64,000 nucleotides of DNA from Bigelowiella natans CCMP2755. Its lineage: Eukaryota; Protista; Cercozoa. Made by a program: the position numbers and the translations under genes. The notes below the pieces were generated by a model. That model worked only from the letters and a program-made list of their open reading frames with translations. It ran no database searches and was not told the origin of the DNA. Of the stretch, positions 13,691 through 25,640 are shown in pieces (the stretch's first letter is position 1; every line of letters starts with the position of its first letter). The stretch covers positions 37,142-101,141 of the forward strand of contig ADNK01002459.1 in the NCBI GenBank assembly GCA_000320545.1, written 5' to 3'.

Positions 13691-13797
13691 GGAAGAATAT
13701 ATTGAAAAAGATAGTTTGTTATTGTTTTGCGGGTGGCGTGATGATGGTGTACTTACTGCCACTGCTGCTTCTCCTCCTCCTCCTCGTCCTCCTAATA

Positions 13798-13833
<36 letters not shown>

Positions 13834-14012
13834 TTTCATTATGATCAGGTGGATGTGCTCGTTGCTGGTGTGGGGCCAGCGGGATTAGCTCTTGCAGGGG
13901 CATTGGCAAAGAGAGGGGTTAACGTCGGTCTTGTGGGGCCTGACACCCCATTCACCAACAACTACGGTGTATGGCTCGACGAATTCAAGGAATTAGGGTA
14001 AGTAGTAAGAGG

Positions 14013-14064
<52 letters not shown>

Positions 14065-16644
14065 CTACCCCCCCCCCCCCCCCCTTCGTATTTCTTCTTT
14101 GTTTAGTCCGCATTCGTATTTATTCTACCCATGGCCGTTGATAGGCCAAGTTATTATTATTATCATCATCATTATCATCATCATTATTATTGTTATTACT
14201 ATTATCATTACTATTATTAGGCTGGAGCACACTCTGGAGGAGGTTTATGACGACTCTTTGGTGGTGGTGGATTCTGCAGTAGGTGTGCCAGTAGTAGCAG
14301 TAGCAGTAGGAGGAGGAGGAGAAGGAGGAGGAGTGCATCCTTGTTGCGTGCGTGTTAATCATTTTCTTCCCCAAGCTCTTATTTCCTTTGCTGCTGAATA
14401 ACATCGAGCCGCCTTATCATTTCCTAGAGCGCAACTATCACCTTCTTCCTAACCCGTCTCTCTTGCCCCCCAATCATCCTGCTCCTCCCCCTCCCTCCTC
14501 CCCACCGAACACCTCGTAAATTTCAGGGACCCAGCCTGTTGGACGCGCGTATGGGCGTGTAGGCCGAGATCTTCTGAGAGCGGAACTCCTCAAACGATGC
14601 CAGGCCTCGCCCGACGTATGATGATGATGATGACGATCCGAATAAATAAGAGCAATTCCAGCTCACCCCTCCCCGCCCTCCTGAAATGTTCCATACATTG
14701 CGGAAGATGGCTGATTGTAACGAGCCTTGCGATGATAGACTATTTGATTGAGATACGCTTGGCAATGATGAGAGTACTAATGATAGCTGCTATCGTCGTC
14801 GTCGTCGTCATCAACATCATCAGGGGGGCAAGGTGAGATATTATCCGGGAATGGTTCGGGAGGTGATTGATGAGCAAGAACTCGCCGATGAGAGCATCGG
14901 CCACACTGTCAAAATCAATGATGGCGCCGCCTTCAAGGCTAAAATGGTTGCGATGAGCACCGGACATAACCGAGATGTGCTCAGCTATGAAGACGGCGTG
15001 CCTCCTCTTTGGCAAACAGCTTATGGCATCGAATTCAACATGCCGGACCATCCTTGGTGATCATCCAAACAACGCTCACATGTCCTTCCTTTTTTCCTCT
15101 ACATAGATATAATATATATACATGTATTTTATACCAGTGATGTGTGAAATTAGTGCAAAACACAAACGTTCTTTCACATTTCCTTCTTCTTCCTCCATTG
15201 AAAACGTTTTTCCCTAAGTGAGAAGTAGTACCTGTGTTGTCCTAACTCTCATCCCCCCCCCCCCCCCCCCAACCAAACGACGACATCGACGACGCCTCAG
15301 GGACAACAACAAGGCCCTATTCATGGACCTTTCTCAGTCGGAGGGTGATGATCGCGGCGAAGTAAATGGTGGCAACGAGGATCTCCACCGTGTGCCTAGT
15401 TTTCTATATGTGCTTCCTTCAAAAGACAAAGTATGTTCAATCTCTCTTCGTTCTTCATCATCGTCGTCATCTTTGCTGTTCTCATGGATATAGGTTTTCG
15501 TGGAGGAGACATGCCTGATATCCAAGGTACAGGTCCCCTTTGATGAGCTCAAAAGGCGTCTGTATCAGCGGCTGGAGCAGAGGTTGAACATTACTGTGAA
15601 GCCTGAGGACATCATCGAAGAGGAAGCTAGTTGGATTCCGCTAGGAGGACCTCTTCCAAAGGTTGGTTGGTTGTTGTAGCACTTATCCCCCACACATTAG
15701 CAGCAGCAGCAGCAGCAACAGCTTAATTGTACTTCGATCTCCCTCTCCCCTTCGAGATCTTCCTCCTCCTTCTCGTTCGCCCGCCCCCTTTTTCATCCCT
15801 TCTTCTTTCTTACAGGTCCCCCAACCGGTGTTGGGCTTCGGAGCTGCTGCGGGCTTGTCCATCCAGCCTCCGGTTACTCCATCGTGAATTCTTTAAGCAA
15901 GGCTGGCCCAGTGGCGGGATGCAATAGTGGAAGGTTTGCAGAGCGGGTGACCAAGAACATCGTGCTGACAATGCTTGGGTATTAGTAGTAGCAGCAGCAG
16001 CAGCAGTAGTAGTAGTAGCTACGAGATGATATTTGTCAACGATGATGTCGTATCTGCTGCTGCTTTTGTCATCTGTCTCCTGTATTTATGTCTTCTCCAT
16101 CTCCTTCTTTTCTTCTTCCTCCTCCTCTTCCTCCTCAACCTCAACCTCCTCCTAGGGTGTGCTGTGGAGCGCTGAGCAGCGGCGTAAGATGGCTTTTTAC
16201 CAGTTTGGTGCCGAGATGATCTCCAAGATGCCCCTCCCCCTCCTGCAAGATTTTATGCGCACATTTTATGAACTCCCCGCGCCTCTGTGGAAGGGGTTCC
16301 TGTCACACAAGCTCTCCTCACCAATGATGGTACCGTTTGCCTTGGCGATGTTCGTCCAGGGAAGCAAAGACTTGCGACATGCTCTGATATCAGAGTTGGC
16401 TTCAAAAGAGGGCGTCAGGATGCTCGAGGCCGCACTTGCTCCGGTGTTTGCTGATGAGGATCAAAGACAAGACAGCAATGATGGTGGTGGCGGTGGCGGT
16501 GGTGGCGGTGGTGGCAAAAAAGGCAGGGCAGTACTCCAGCAGAACGAATCAACGCGTGAGCCGCTTAAAGGCCTCTTTCGTAGGGGCCAACTTGCAACTG
16601 ATTCGATACCGTCGGGCTACATAGAGCAGCCTACTGCTAAATGA
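9485..16644 (+). CDS. LCYB-LCYE: Lycopene beta-cyclase / lycopene epsilon-cyclase fusion protein with bipartite plastid-targeting leader
   Basis: Domain 1 exons 9485-10265, 10434-10510, 10717-11009, 11234-11384, 11757-12033, 12385-12471, 12725-12840 contain DLLVVGCGPAG, NNYGVWVDEF, FVEETSLVARP, EEYCLIPMGG, GGTAGMVHPATGY. Linker exons 12994-13269 and 13431-13604 are phase 0 with no stop. Domain 2 from 13849 contains DVLVAGVGPAG, GPDTPFTNNYGVWLDEF, GRAYGRV, FVEETCL, EEEASWIPLGG, HPASGYS. One domain-2 exon (15816-15978) has apparent indels. Confidence 0.85.
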
Positions 16645-17929
16645 TTATTCATGGGCGTCATTAGATATACAGTTGTGTTTTTACACAAGTAATTTGCCTG
16701 GCGAGATATTAATTAAATACGTATATATCAGAGGTTATACTACAAAATATTAGATGATACTTAAGAAGATGGAAGTTATTAAAAATTATTGTGCACACAA
16801 CTAGACGGTAGACCCTATGTCAATTTGAACTTGGCATGTAGATGTTCACAAAGCTACATTATTTTAGAATGGCATGCATGATAATTCAATTACAGCTGTA
16901 ACTCGCAATGTACGTAGTGCTTTAACCTGTGCCCCCAACGTAGCAAACACAACCCCGATTGCATGCATGTCTAGATGTAATTGCAGCAAGGCGCTGCATT
17001 CAGCGGAGTCGCATGACGTTCATCTAGGACTTCAACATCAGTAGATCCACACATGCTAGCATGCGCTGCACGCTACTTCGCGAACAACATCTAAGAATCA
17101 TTCGTACACAGCTAGGTAACTAGTGATGAATCAATTCCATGCTAGCATGGCACGCAGCGCTAGAGCATGCTGACCGTGAACACTCAATCTGGCCAAAGAT
17201 GCTCAGATGCTCAATGTCGAGCGACAGCAACAAGCAGATTCTGTGCAATTCAGAATCTGGAGATGTGCATGTGCGCATGTTGTGTGAAGTGCTTGATTAG
17301 TCAAGGTCGCTCCACTTGCTCCAAGCATGCATCACGTGGCATGATGCTGTTCGCACAGCGATCCCGCTGATCCACGCATCCCTGATGACACGTCCAACCA
17401 GTTGTGGTGCGCCAGTGCGGCACATGCAGCACAGCGTGCGCGCGTCCATGATGACGTGCGTCCTTAGCGTCCGTATCGCCCTTCCTTTCCTGTTTCTGCT
17501 CGTGCCCTTGCACGGCCTGCGAGCCAAAGTCCTGCTGTTCTTCTAGCTGCTGTGACATTGTTAGTCAAATCGTTTCCCGTGTGTGGAAGCCAAAGGTTGT
17601 TGCGCGTAAGGTGTTCACAGGCCGAGGCGCTACGTGCACAAGTAGGCAGGGGGGGGGAAAGGCACGTTTGCTTCCTTTTGAAGAGTTGTGTTTATTTTTA
17701 TTAAAGATTATATTTTTATTAAATCGTGCACTGCGTAATCATTCGCGAAGCTTTCGCGAATGCCGCCGCACGTGGGGCAGCACACTTCCGGTGTGCTGCC
17801 ATGAGTCCCGCCGGAACCCACGTGCCTATGCTGTATTAATATCTACGTTATCTATATTCTATATCCGCGACAACCCCTTTGTTGTCGCACGTGACTTGTG
17901 CCCGCGTAGTGGTACGCGCTACAGAAAGA

Positions 17930-18225
17930 AACACAGAAAGAAAGAAAGAAATGAACTTTGATGATCGATTGCATTTCCAAAGTGTTGCATGACACTTGCA
18001 AAGTGCGAAACGTAGTGCCTCCAAAGAAAGAAAGAAAGAAACATGATGATGGACTGCATTTCCAAATCGTTCCAGTGTTGCATGACATCGGGATGCCAGC
18101 CCATCACAGAGGGCGCTGGCTCCCACCCTCGGCCACGGTGTGTCGCAAGTCTAGAAGTGCAGCCAAAAATGATCGTAAGTCTAGAAGTAGATCTAGATCT
18201 ACAGCCAAAAATGATCGTGACGTAA
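17930..18225. repeat. Imperfect short direct repeats in a TpA-poor intergenic patch
   Basis: (aaag)n...gatgat.ga.tgcatttccaaa...gtgttgcatgaca occurs twice (about 17935 and 18025). tctagaagt and cagccaaaaatgatcgt each occur twice (18150-18220). Confidence 0.7.
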
Positions 18226-18560
18226 TGATGCAATTTCCACATGCGACAATGTCCTTCGCTGTCTCATTGGCTAAATTAGGCATCCGTCAGCCGTTTCGGT
18301 GCGTCATGCATCGGCAAGAGTAGTAACAAAATCTGTATCACCGTAATGTTTTCACAAAACCTCCTCAATGTGCCAAGTCGTAGTTGAAGTTTCAATGGCA
18401 TTTTCCGTTTACTTCTCGCCTTTTTGGGTATTCTATCGCTTCGCTACTGCTGTGGCAGGTTTCTCGCTTGGGCGACTCTGGACGAAGTTGTTCACGTTGA
18501 ACTAAGGAAGGGGGGGGACTCGACGATAACTAGTGTCCCCCGCCCAGAGGATATTTCAAT

Positions 18561-21299
18561 ATGGCGCGGGGGCGGACTTCCTCGAGCAAAAATGGAAAGT
18601 CCAGCAAGTCGTTGACTTCGCAAGGTTCATTCTCCTCTGCCGTGGAGACCTCAATATTGGGTGGTGTAAATTACGCGAACGGTGGTAGTGTCCCACCTGG
18701 ACCCTATGTTATCATGCATACAGGAGCATTTTATCAGGTCTGGTGGTACACAGTAGCATTTTCTGCTGTAATATCTGGAATATTCACCCCTCTCATTATG
18801 GCCTTCTACAACGATCTCCTGTATGCAGAGATCCCTCTCGACATAGTATTCTACATAGATATTGTCATAACGTTCTTTGTGAGCGTCCAGATTCATGGAT
18901 GGACTATTACAAATAATTGGATCATCGCGCAAGAGTATCTTCGGTTCTGGTTTTGGATTGATCTCATAGCAATTATCCCGTTCGAGTTCATGGTCGGTGG
19001 GAACAGTCACGGGCAGTTTCTCAGACTATTTCGCCTCTTACGTCTAAGGAGGTTGTTTCCGCTGTTTGCAAAGGCTGAAAAAAGCCGATTCTGCAACTTT
19101 ACTCTGGTCTCCGTCGTGAAATACTTCAGTATGGCAGCCTACTACGGCCATTGGTCGGCGTGCATCTTCTACGAGTTAGCAAGCATTCAGGACTATGATG
19201 AGGGCACATGGGTGGCCATCTGTGTACCAGGGTTAGAAAAACGACCCACCTCCATCCGATACCTGATCTCCATTTACTGGGCCTTCACAACGCTCACAAC
19301 TGTGGGCTATGGAGATATCTCGCCTCAAAATTCGGATGAGCGTGTTTGGGGTACCATCTATGTCATCATCAATCTAGGTTTGCAGGCGTATATCGTGGGT
19401 AATATGACGGCGCTTGCGTCGAAGCCCGACCTCGAAACGCATCAGTTCCGCCAACAGCTCGACGACGTGCAGGTGTTCATGAAGCAGAACAACATCCCGC
19501 TGGCGTTAAGGGCACAAGTAATACAATTTCTGCAACTGCAGCAAAGAATGAAAACAACAGCAGGAAATGACCTTGTGAACAGCCTGCCATATGCCATCAG
19601 AATGCCGATCAAAAAGCATCAGTATTCTGAAATTTTGGAACAAATCGATATCTTCCGTGGGGTCTCCAAGCCATTTCTCAATATGGTAATGGCGAACGTG
19701 GAAGAAGAGGTCAGTCAGTTAAATGGGTCGTTGCGAGAGATCAGCAATCTTAAAATCGAAATAATTTCTTTTTGGGGTAATATATGGTCGAAATTTTGTT
19801 GATTTCTTTTGTTGGTGTTCCAGGTATTTATGCCGTCCATGCAAGTCATCAACTGCTCAGATTTAAGTTCCTCGTTTTACATGATTATTGAGGGCGAATG
19901 CGAGCTCCTCGTTTCCCCAACAGGCAACATCCAAGAACAGATGGACAATGAGGTTCCTTGTGCTAAGATAGGCGTGGGATCACACTTTGGCTGCGAGGGG
20001 TTCTTCTCTAGTTCAAATCAGCCATACACTATACGGGTTACCGAGGTGTGTGTGGTGATGAAGATGGAGGCCAGAGTCCGCAGGATCATGCTGCAGCAGC
20101 ATCCCCGCGATTTGCAAGTTGTAACAATTAACATAAAAAGGCGCCTCGAAATTATGATCGACATGATCACAGCGGGGCTACGTCCAAGCGACGAGCGCAT
20201 CATGCAAAGGGGCAACAAAAACGAGGCAATTCAGAACAACTTCCTCGGGGGAGAGAAAAAGTCTTCTCTCAAGAGCAGAAACACCACCACCAAGCTCCTT
20301 GAAACGTACAGTTACAGCTAGTTTTTTTCAGTTTTGGCACTTTCCACATGCAACGACGATACAGCATGTGTGCATCCTCATCATCATCATCATCATCATA
20401 ACAACAACAGCAACAGCACTTTACCTCAACTACAACGAAAATAGGTATGACTACAAGCCGAGAAAGCGTAGAAGGGGACGCTCGAGCCGTCAGATATCTA
20501 ATTTCAGTATCGAAGAATACAGTCGTCCATTTCTCATCTCCGTACACGAAGTGCGGCAAAACATAAAGCTGTTCATGGAGAGGCGAGAGCAGACCCTTGC
20601 ATCGTTGTTGTGTCAACTAGCGTCAGTCGGGGATCATACACAGCTCCGACGAAAGGTATGCCTTCTCCTCGGGGAAGAAGCAGCAGCAGCAGCAGCAGAG
20701 ATTTTGTCAGAAGCTATCTCAGTATACAGAAGTTGTGCATTGTTGAAATTTTCCCCTTCAATACAAGGAAGTTTTTTTCATGTTATCGTCTTCCTGCCTC
20801 CCTAAGACCTTTACCAATCACTTTCCGTTCTTTTCCTCTGATATACGCGCACGCACACCTCAATTTCCTCTTATTCCCTCTTTGTCATTTTTGCGAATCC
20901 TCCTCCTCCTCCTCCTCCAGCTTCATGGGCTTGATCTCTCTGAGGATAGCGGGGACTACGATGGCCGTGTGCCGCTGCACTTAGCCTGCTCCCGTGGACA
21001 CTTGGAGGCATGCAAGGTGCTGTTGGAGTTCAAAGCCAACCCTTCGCATGTAGACAATTTCGGCGTGACTCCATTACAAGAGTGTGTGTACGCTGGAAAC
21101 GACAGTGTACTAGAGTTTATGTTAAAAAACGGAGCCGAGTTGAAGATCAAGCATGAGGGGCAGAAGGTCTACGAGATATGTAACATTGGCGATATCAGGA
21201 CACTGGGCTGCCTGCTCAAGGCAAAGTGCGACCCCAATGCCCAGAATTACTATAAACGCACCGGCCTACATTCGGCTGCAACTGAAGGTGAGACAGAAT

Positions 21300-21337
<38 letters not shown>

Positions 21338-21895
21338 TATGTTTGCACCTCCATAATAATTTTATACTCATTCACCAGCACACATACACGCATACACACA
21401 TACATTAACACACACACATACACACACTCACGTGCTTATTATCTGCAAACTCATAGATAGCTTAAATGTGCGTGTACTAATGTCTGAATTGAAATGGATT
21501 CTCCCCCCTTTTCAGGAAATCTTTCAATTGTCAAGCTACTCCTTAAATACCGTGCAAACCCCTATGTTCCGGACCGCAACGGGCTAGACGCTATCGATCA
21601 GGCCACGGAACTTCGAAATAAGGTTTTAATTGACGTAATGACAGAATTTGCTAATGAGCATGGAATGAGCAAGGAAGTTACGCTGAAAAACCTCGAAGAT
21701 TTAGCGAAAGCAGACGAAAAGGAAAAGGAAACATCCGGCGGCAATGCAGGGGAGAAACTCAATCCTGCACAGAAAGAGGGAAAGACAACCGAGACTAAGA
21801 TAGGCGAAAAGAAAAAGAAAAAATCCGGTGGCGATGGAGGAGAGAATCTTAATGCTGCACGGAAAATAGAAATGAAAGATGAGATGAAGGAGTAA
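18561..21895 (+). CDS. Voltage-gated K+ channel, plant Shaker-like (6TM + cNMP-binding domain + ankyrin repeats)
   Basis: S4 LRLFRLLRLRRL; pore YWAFTTLTTVGYGD; S6 NLGLQAYIVGNMT; cNBD GSHFGCEG; ankyrins GDYDGRVPLHLACSRGH, DNFGVTPL, RTGLHSAATEG. Exons 18561-19709, 19824-20305, 20445-20655, 20921-21287, 21516-21895. Confidence 0.92.
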
Positions 21896-22899
21896 ATGAT
21901 GCTGGTCCTCTTTCAAGCATAGAACCGTTTTATTAGCTCTGCATTAGTTTTCTGAGCCATTAAGACATGCTCGTCTTCGCAAGATGGGAATACACAATAA
22001 CAGAGAGGATCAATTCCAGGAACCTGAAAATGATTTACAAGAACCGCTAAGTTCCAGAAAGAGAATATAGTGAACATCAACAAAGTCTAGTGTCAATATA
22101 CAATGATAATAGTAATCCACAAAAATGTCTCGATATTTAATCTACTAACGTAAGTGCGGCAAGGGCCGCATTCGCACCACGAAAGTATACAGCAGCTGCC
22201 CGCCTGTGACTGCTCTCTCGCGCGCGCTAGCGAATTCATTGTGAGGTGTACTATACGCGAGAATGAAATTATTACATTTTTCAAAAGTCATTAAATCATC
22301 CTATATATGTATGAGCTGTGGCTTTACCGCTTCGGCTGCATCTGTTGGTTTCTGCAATGATGTCATTCACATTAGCAAATGCATCATCGGTCATGCGCTC
22401 GCTACGTGCCGCCCGCGTGCAGCTACGCAAATTGCGTGGCTGTCAATTCTCGCAAGCCGCCTGCTGTTTCAACGTTTGCTGGCAAGATCAGATGCAACCA
22501 TGACAATGTTTGCGAGGCTGTGCCAATGCTCATACCAACAAAATAATAGTCAAGACTAGCAAGCATTCGCTAATGGCAGACGTGCTTCGACGAGATCGAT
22601 TCGGCGCGATGACTGGTGGCCATATATGCTCGATCAGTCTCAGCCACGCTACCACAACAACGACAAGATGGCCTCACAATAACAACAACGATGTTGCATG
22701 TCATTGTATGGTGTCATGCATTTAAGTGCGGTCGCGGTGACAGCGGGTGCAAGGGGCGAACCTGTATTTACATTGCTAACCTAGTAGAAAATGCACGTGC
22801 ATGAGCGAATCTTGCATATGATTGTTGACCCGCTCAGCAACTTTGTGATTTTCGATTCCATCTGTCAGCTGCTTTTCAAACCTGAGAAACCGCCCGACT

Positions 22900-25640
22900 T
22901 TACTGAAAAATCTCCTGAAGTTTCACCGAAGAAATAAAGCCTCCCTGCCCATTTCCACCCAAGCCCGTTTCCCGTTGCCATGCAAGCTCAAGCACCCCAT
23001 TCTCTCCAATCGTAGCCGAATCTATTGTGTACGACAAAGGGGCCATAGGATACGGAGCAACGTCGAGATCGTGTACCAGCTCCCCGTTCGCGCGTAAGCT
23101 AACCCTTATCTGATTGTTTTCCTCCGGAATGGTGCAACGGACAACGGTCAGGTTGTAGGCTCGGCCTCTGGAAAGGCCGGTGTACTTCAAGCGCATGATG
23201 TAGTCGTAGAAAGGATGAGCGAATCTCTGCCAAGCGATGGGAAGGTCAGTCTGAAGCGGCCTGAGGGTCGTTGCCTGTAGCGGTGTGAAGTAAAACGATG
23301 GGTCCGAAGTGGAACCCTCTCCCATATCGAGATGCATCTTCTCTGATAGAATCGGGCTCCCAAGTAAGTCTAAGTAGCCTCCCTTTTCCAGAATTCTTGT
23401 CTCCTCCGCAAGTTTTCTCACCGCGTTCTCACGGCGGCCAATCGGGAGTTGCAAGGCTTTTCCGACACGATCTCTTAAATAGTATAGGTCGCTGAAGTTG
23501 GCATAGAGGGAGCTCATTGCTAGCCCTGGAGACTGAGACTGGATCACGGACAGCCCGACACTCGTATTCAATAGCATTGTAAGCTCGCTTAGGCGTCTTT
23601 CGAGTAGAGAGATCGAGCGCTTAACACCTCTGGGGGTAGGCAGCCAAAGCAGCGAGGAAGCTTCTTGCAGTGCCTGTGTTGCTGATGAGGAATTGCCTCC
23701 TGAGGTACTGTGTTTGATAAGGATATCACGTGCCTTCTGCACGACTCTTCGTTCGAAGCGGGCCCGTAGGCTTACATGCAAGTCATAGTTTCCACGATGA
23801 ATGTACATTTGGAGCCTCCAATTTTTTTGGCGTTGTTTTCCCCCAATGAGAGCAGCAGCCCATGCAGCCTCCAAGTCTCGCAGAGTTTTCGAGAGAACGC
23901 TGATGGCGTGCGCGCTGGAGAGATCGCCAGCCCTCCAGTTGTTCTCAAGTCCAAATAAAGCTTCTTTCATGAGAGAGGCCGCTTGGGAGCCGAAAAAATG
24001 CCGCGAGTACTGGACGACAATAGACTCCGCGCCAAGGTCGTCAGCAGCGCCAGCACACCACACCATCTTGTTGAGATCATCGCCAGCTCCCTCTGAGTAC
24101 CCACCGAACCCGACGAGTCGGCCGCCCTTGTGCTGGCTGCTAACGTACGTGCTGTTCTCCCTTAGAGTGAGAATATGATGAAACTGCTTAGGAGCGGGAT
24201 TGACTGGATCGCGACCATGAGTCCACGCAAAAGCGGGGTCCCAGGCGGGAACTTCAAACTGCGAGTGCACAGTGTGGCAGAGGTCGGGGTATTGCCGCAC
24301 AAGCGTTCCATTGGGGAGCGAGCGCAAGAATTCAGTTAGTGGAACGCGGACATGCGGGCCGTATGCTACTCCTGTGAGCCAGCTTTGGACCTCGTTGCTG
24401 CCCACAAGCCGATAGAAATCCGTCATGTTCTTGCTGTCAAATTCCTGTGCGCTGACCCATATTTCGGCTTCCGGGTGGAAGCCTCTTACGACTTTAGCGA
24501 GCCCCTCACAAGCCTCGAGGAAAGGCTTTGGTGCGAGTACAATACCCCCGTCGCCTCCAGGAACAAATATGGAGTTAAGTCGTGGAATGGTACGCAGGAG
24601 GTGCTTCGTCTGTGCAGGAGCCTCAGAACTGCCCATGTACAAATCAAGCGGGAACCAAAGACTGAGGTTGAGCTGAAGGCTTTCACTGAGCTTCGAGTAG
24701 TCAGCAATTCGCGGCACGTCTGCTGGAAGTTCAATATGAGCTAGCTCGATCTGATTTGTGCCGAAGATAGCGAGATCGTGCACATATTGCTTCATCGCCG
24801 AAGGCCATGGGTTGAAATCAAAGCCCCAACGCGTAAGCTATACGCATAATAGAGTTTATCAGAAATATGTCATTCTCATTTTAATCATGTCAGAAGTAGA
24901 AAATTCACGAAGGCGTAAATGGTGTCAAGGATATGACGGCGTTGAATTAATCAATACGATATTTTCCTTGTCTATCTATTTTGCCTCACCTGATGTCCAC
25001 GGACGCGGTTCCACGGCTTCGGGGCATTGGCAACACAGTAGCATTTCTCACGCGGCATATACAACGTGCCGTTGGCTGATATATCAGCATCCCGAAGGAT
25101 CCTTCCAAGACCAAAAAGAACCCCCTTCTCGGAGTTTGCAGTAATGTGGAAAAATGCGGGTTGTTCTTGAACAATGGTTTCATTGTAATTGCTGTTCTCG
25201 CAATTGGTGAGTACATAACCCTCGGGATGTGATAGAGATTCGGAAACAGACTTCCGCCATGCCTCTAGAGCTTCGTTATTTCCCCTGCCACAAAGTGCGT
25301 TTGAAACTGTATCCGTCCATGTACCAGCGCTCGTGACATCCTCCAACAACGTAATCGCCACTTGCGCGCTAGCCACACCCGCCATATCTTGAATGTTCCC
25401 TCCCTCCATGTCGGCTCTACGAACAACCTCGGGTATGAAGAAGGAGTCTACAAGGCTGCGGACATAAATGGACGAATGGGCTTTTGGGCTGAGTATGACA
25501 CTACCACCGGTTCCATTGTAACTAGCATAGCTACCGTAAACCCCTGTAAAATTAGTTACTACCAAAGCCCTAGCAGGAGGCACAAGCAGGCCGAATAGGG
25601 CAGCCAAAGCGCTAAACATCCCCCTCCCTCCCTCTCTCAT
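22900..25640 (-). CDS. Secreted bacterial-type uncharacterised glycoside-hydrolase-like protein (2 exons)
   Basis: Signal peptide MFSALAALFGLLVPPARA. GVLFGLGRILR...VRGHQ resembles the GH20/GH67 N-terminal module. Phase-0 intron 24989-24838, then ...YVHDLAIFGTNQIEL, FVPGGDGG, RQYPDLCH, GYSEGAGDDLNK and a beta-rich C-terminal domain. Confidence 0.75.

Noticed and set aside
10371-16175. Many ORFs with poly-CV, poly-H, poly-L, poly-I or poly-S tracts (also 42569-46844)
   Set aside because: Translations of intronic microsatellites.
13510-16644. Second cyclase as an independent gene starting at ATG 13510
   Set aside because: That frame reads through an SSR-filled intron. The conserved LCYE N-terminal motif is in a different frame reached by splicing from upstream, and there is no targeting leader.
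17630-17895. Three CACGTG G-boxes upstream of the K+ channel
   Set aside because: Could arise passively from TACGTA-type sites in the TpA-poor tract; no independent support.
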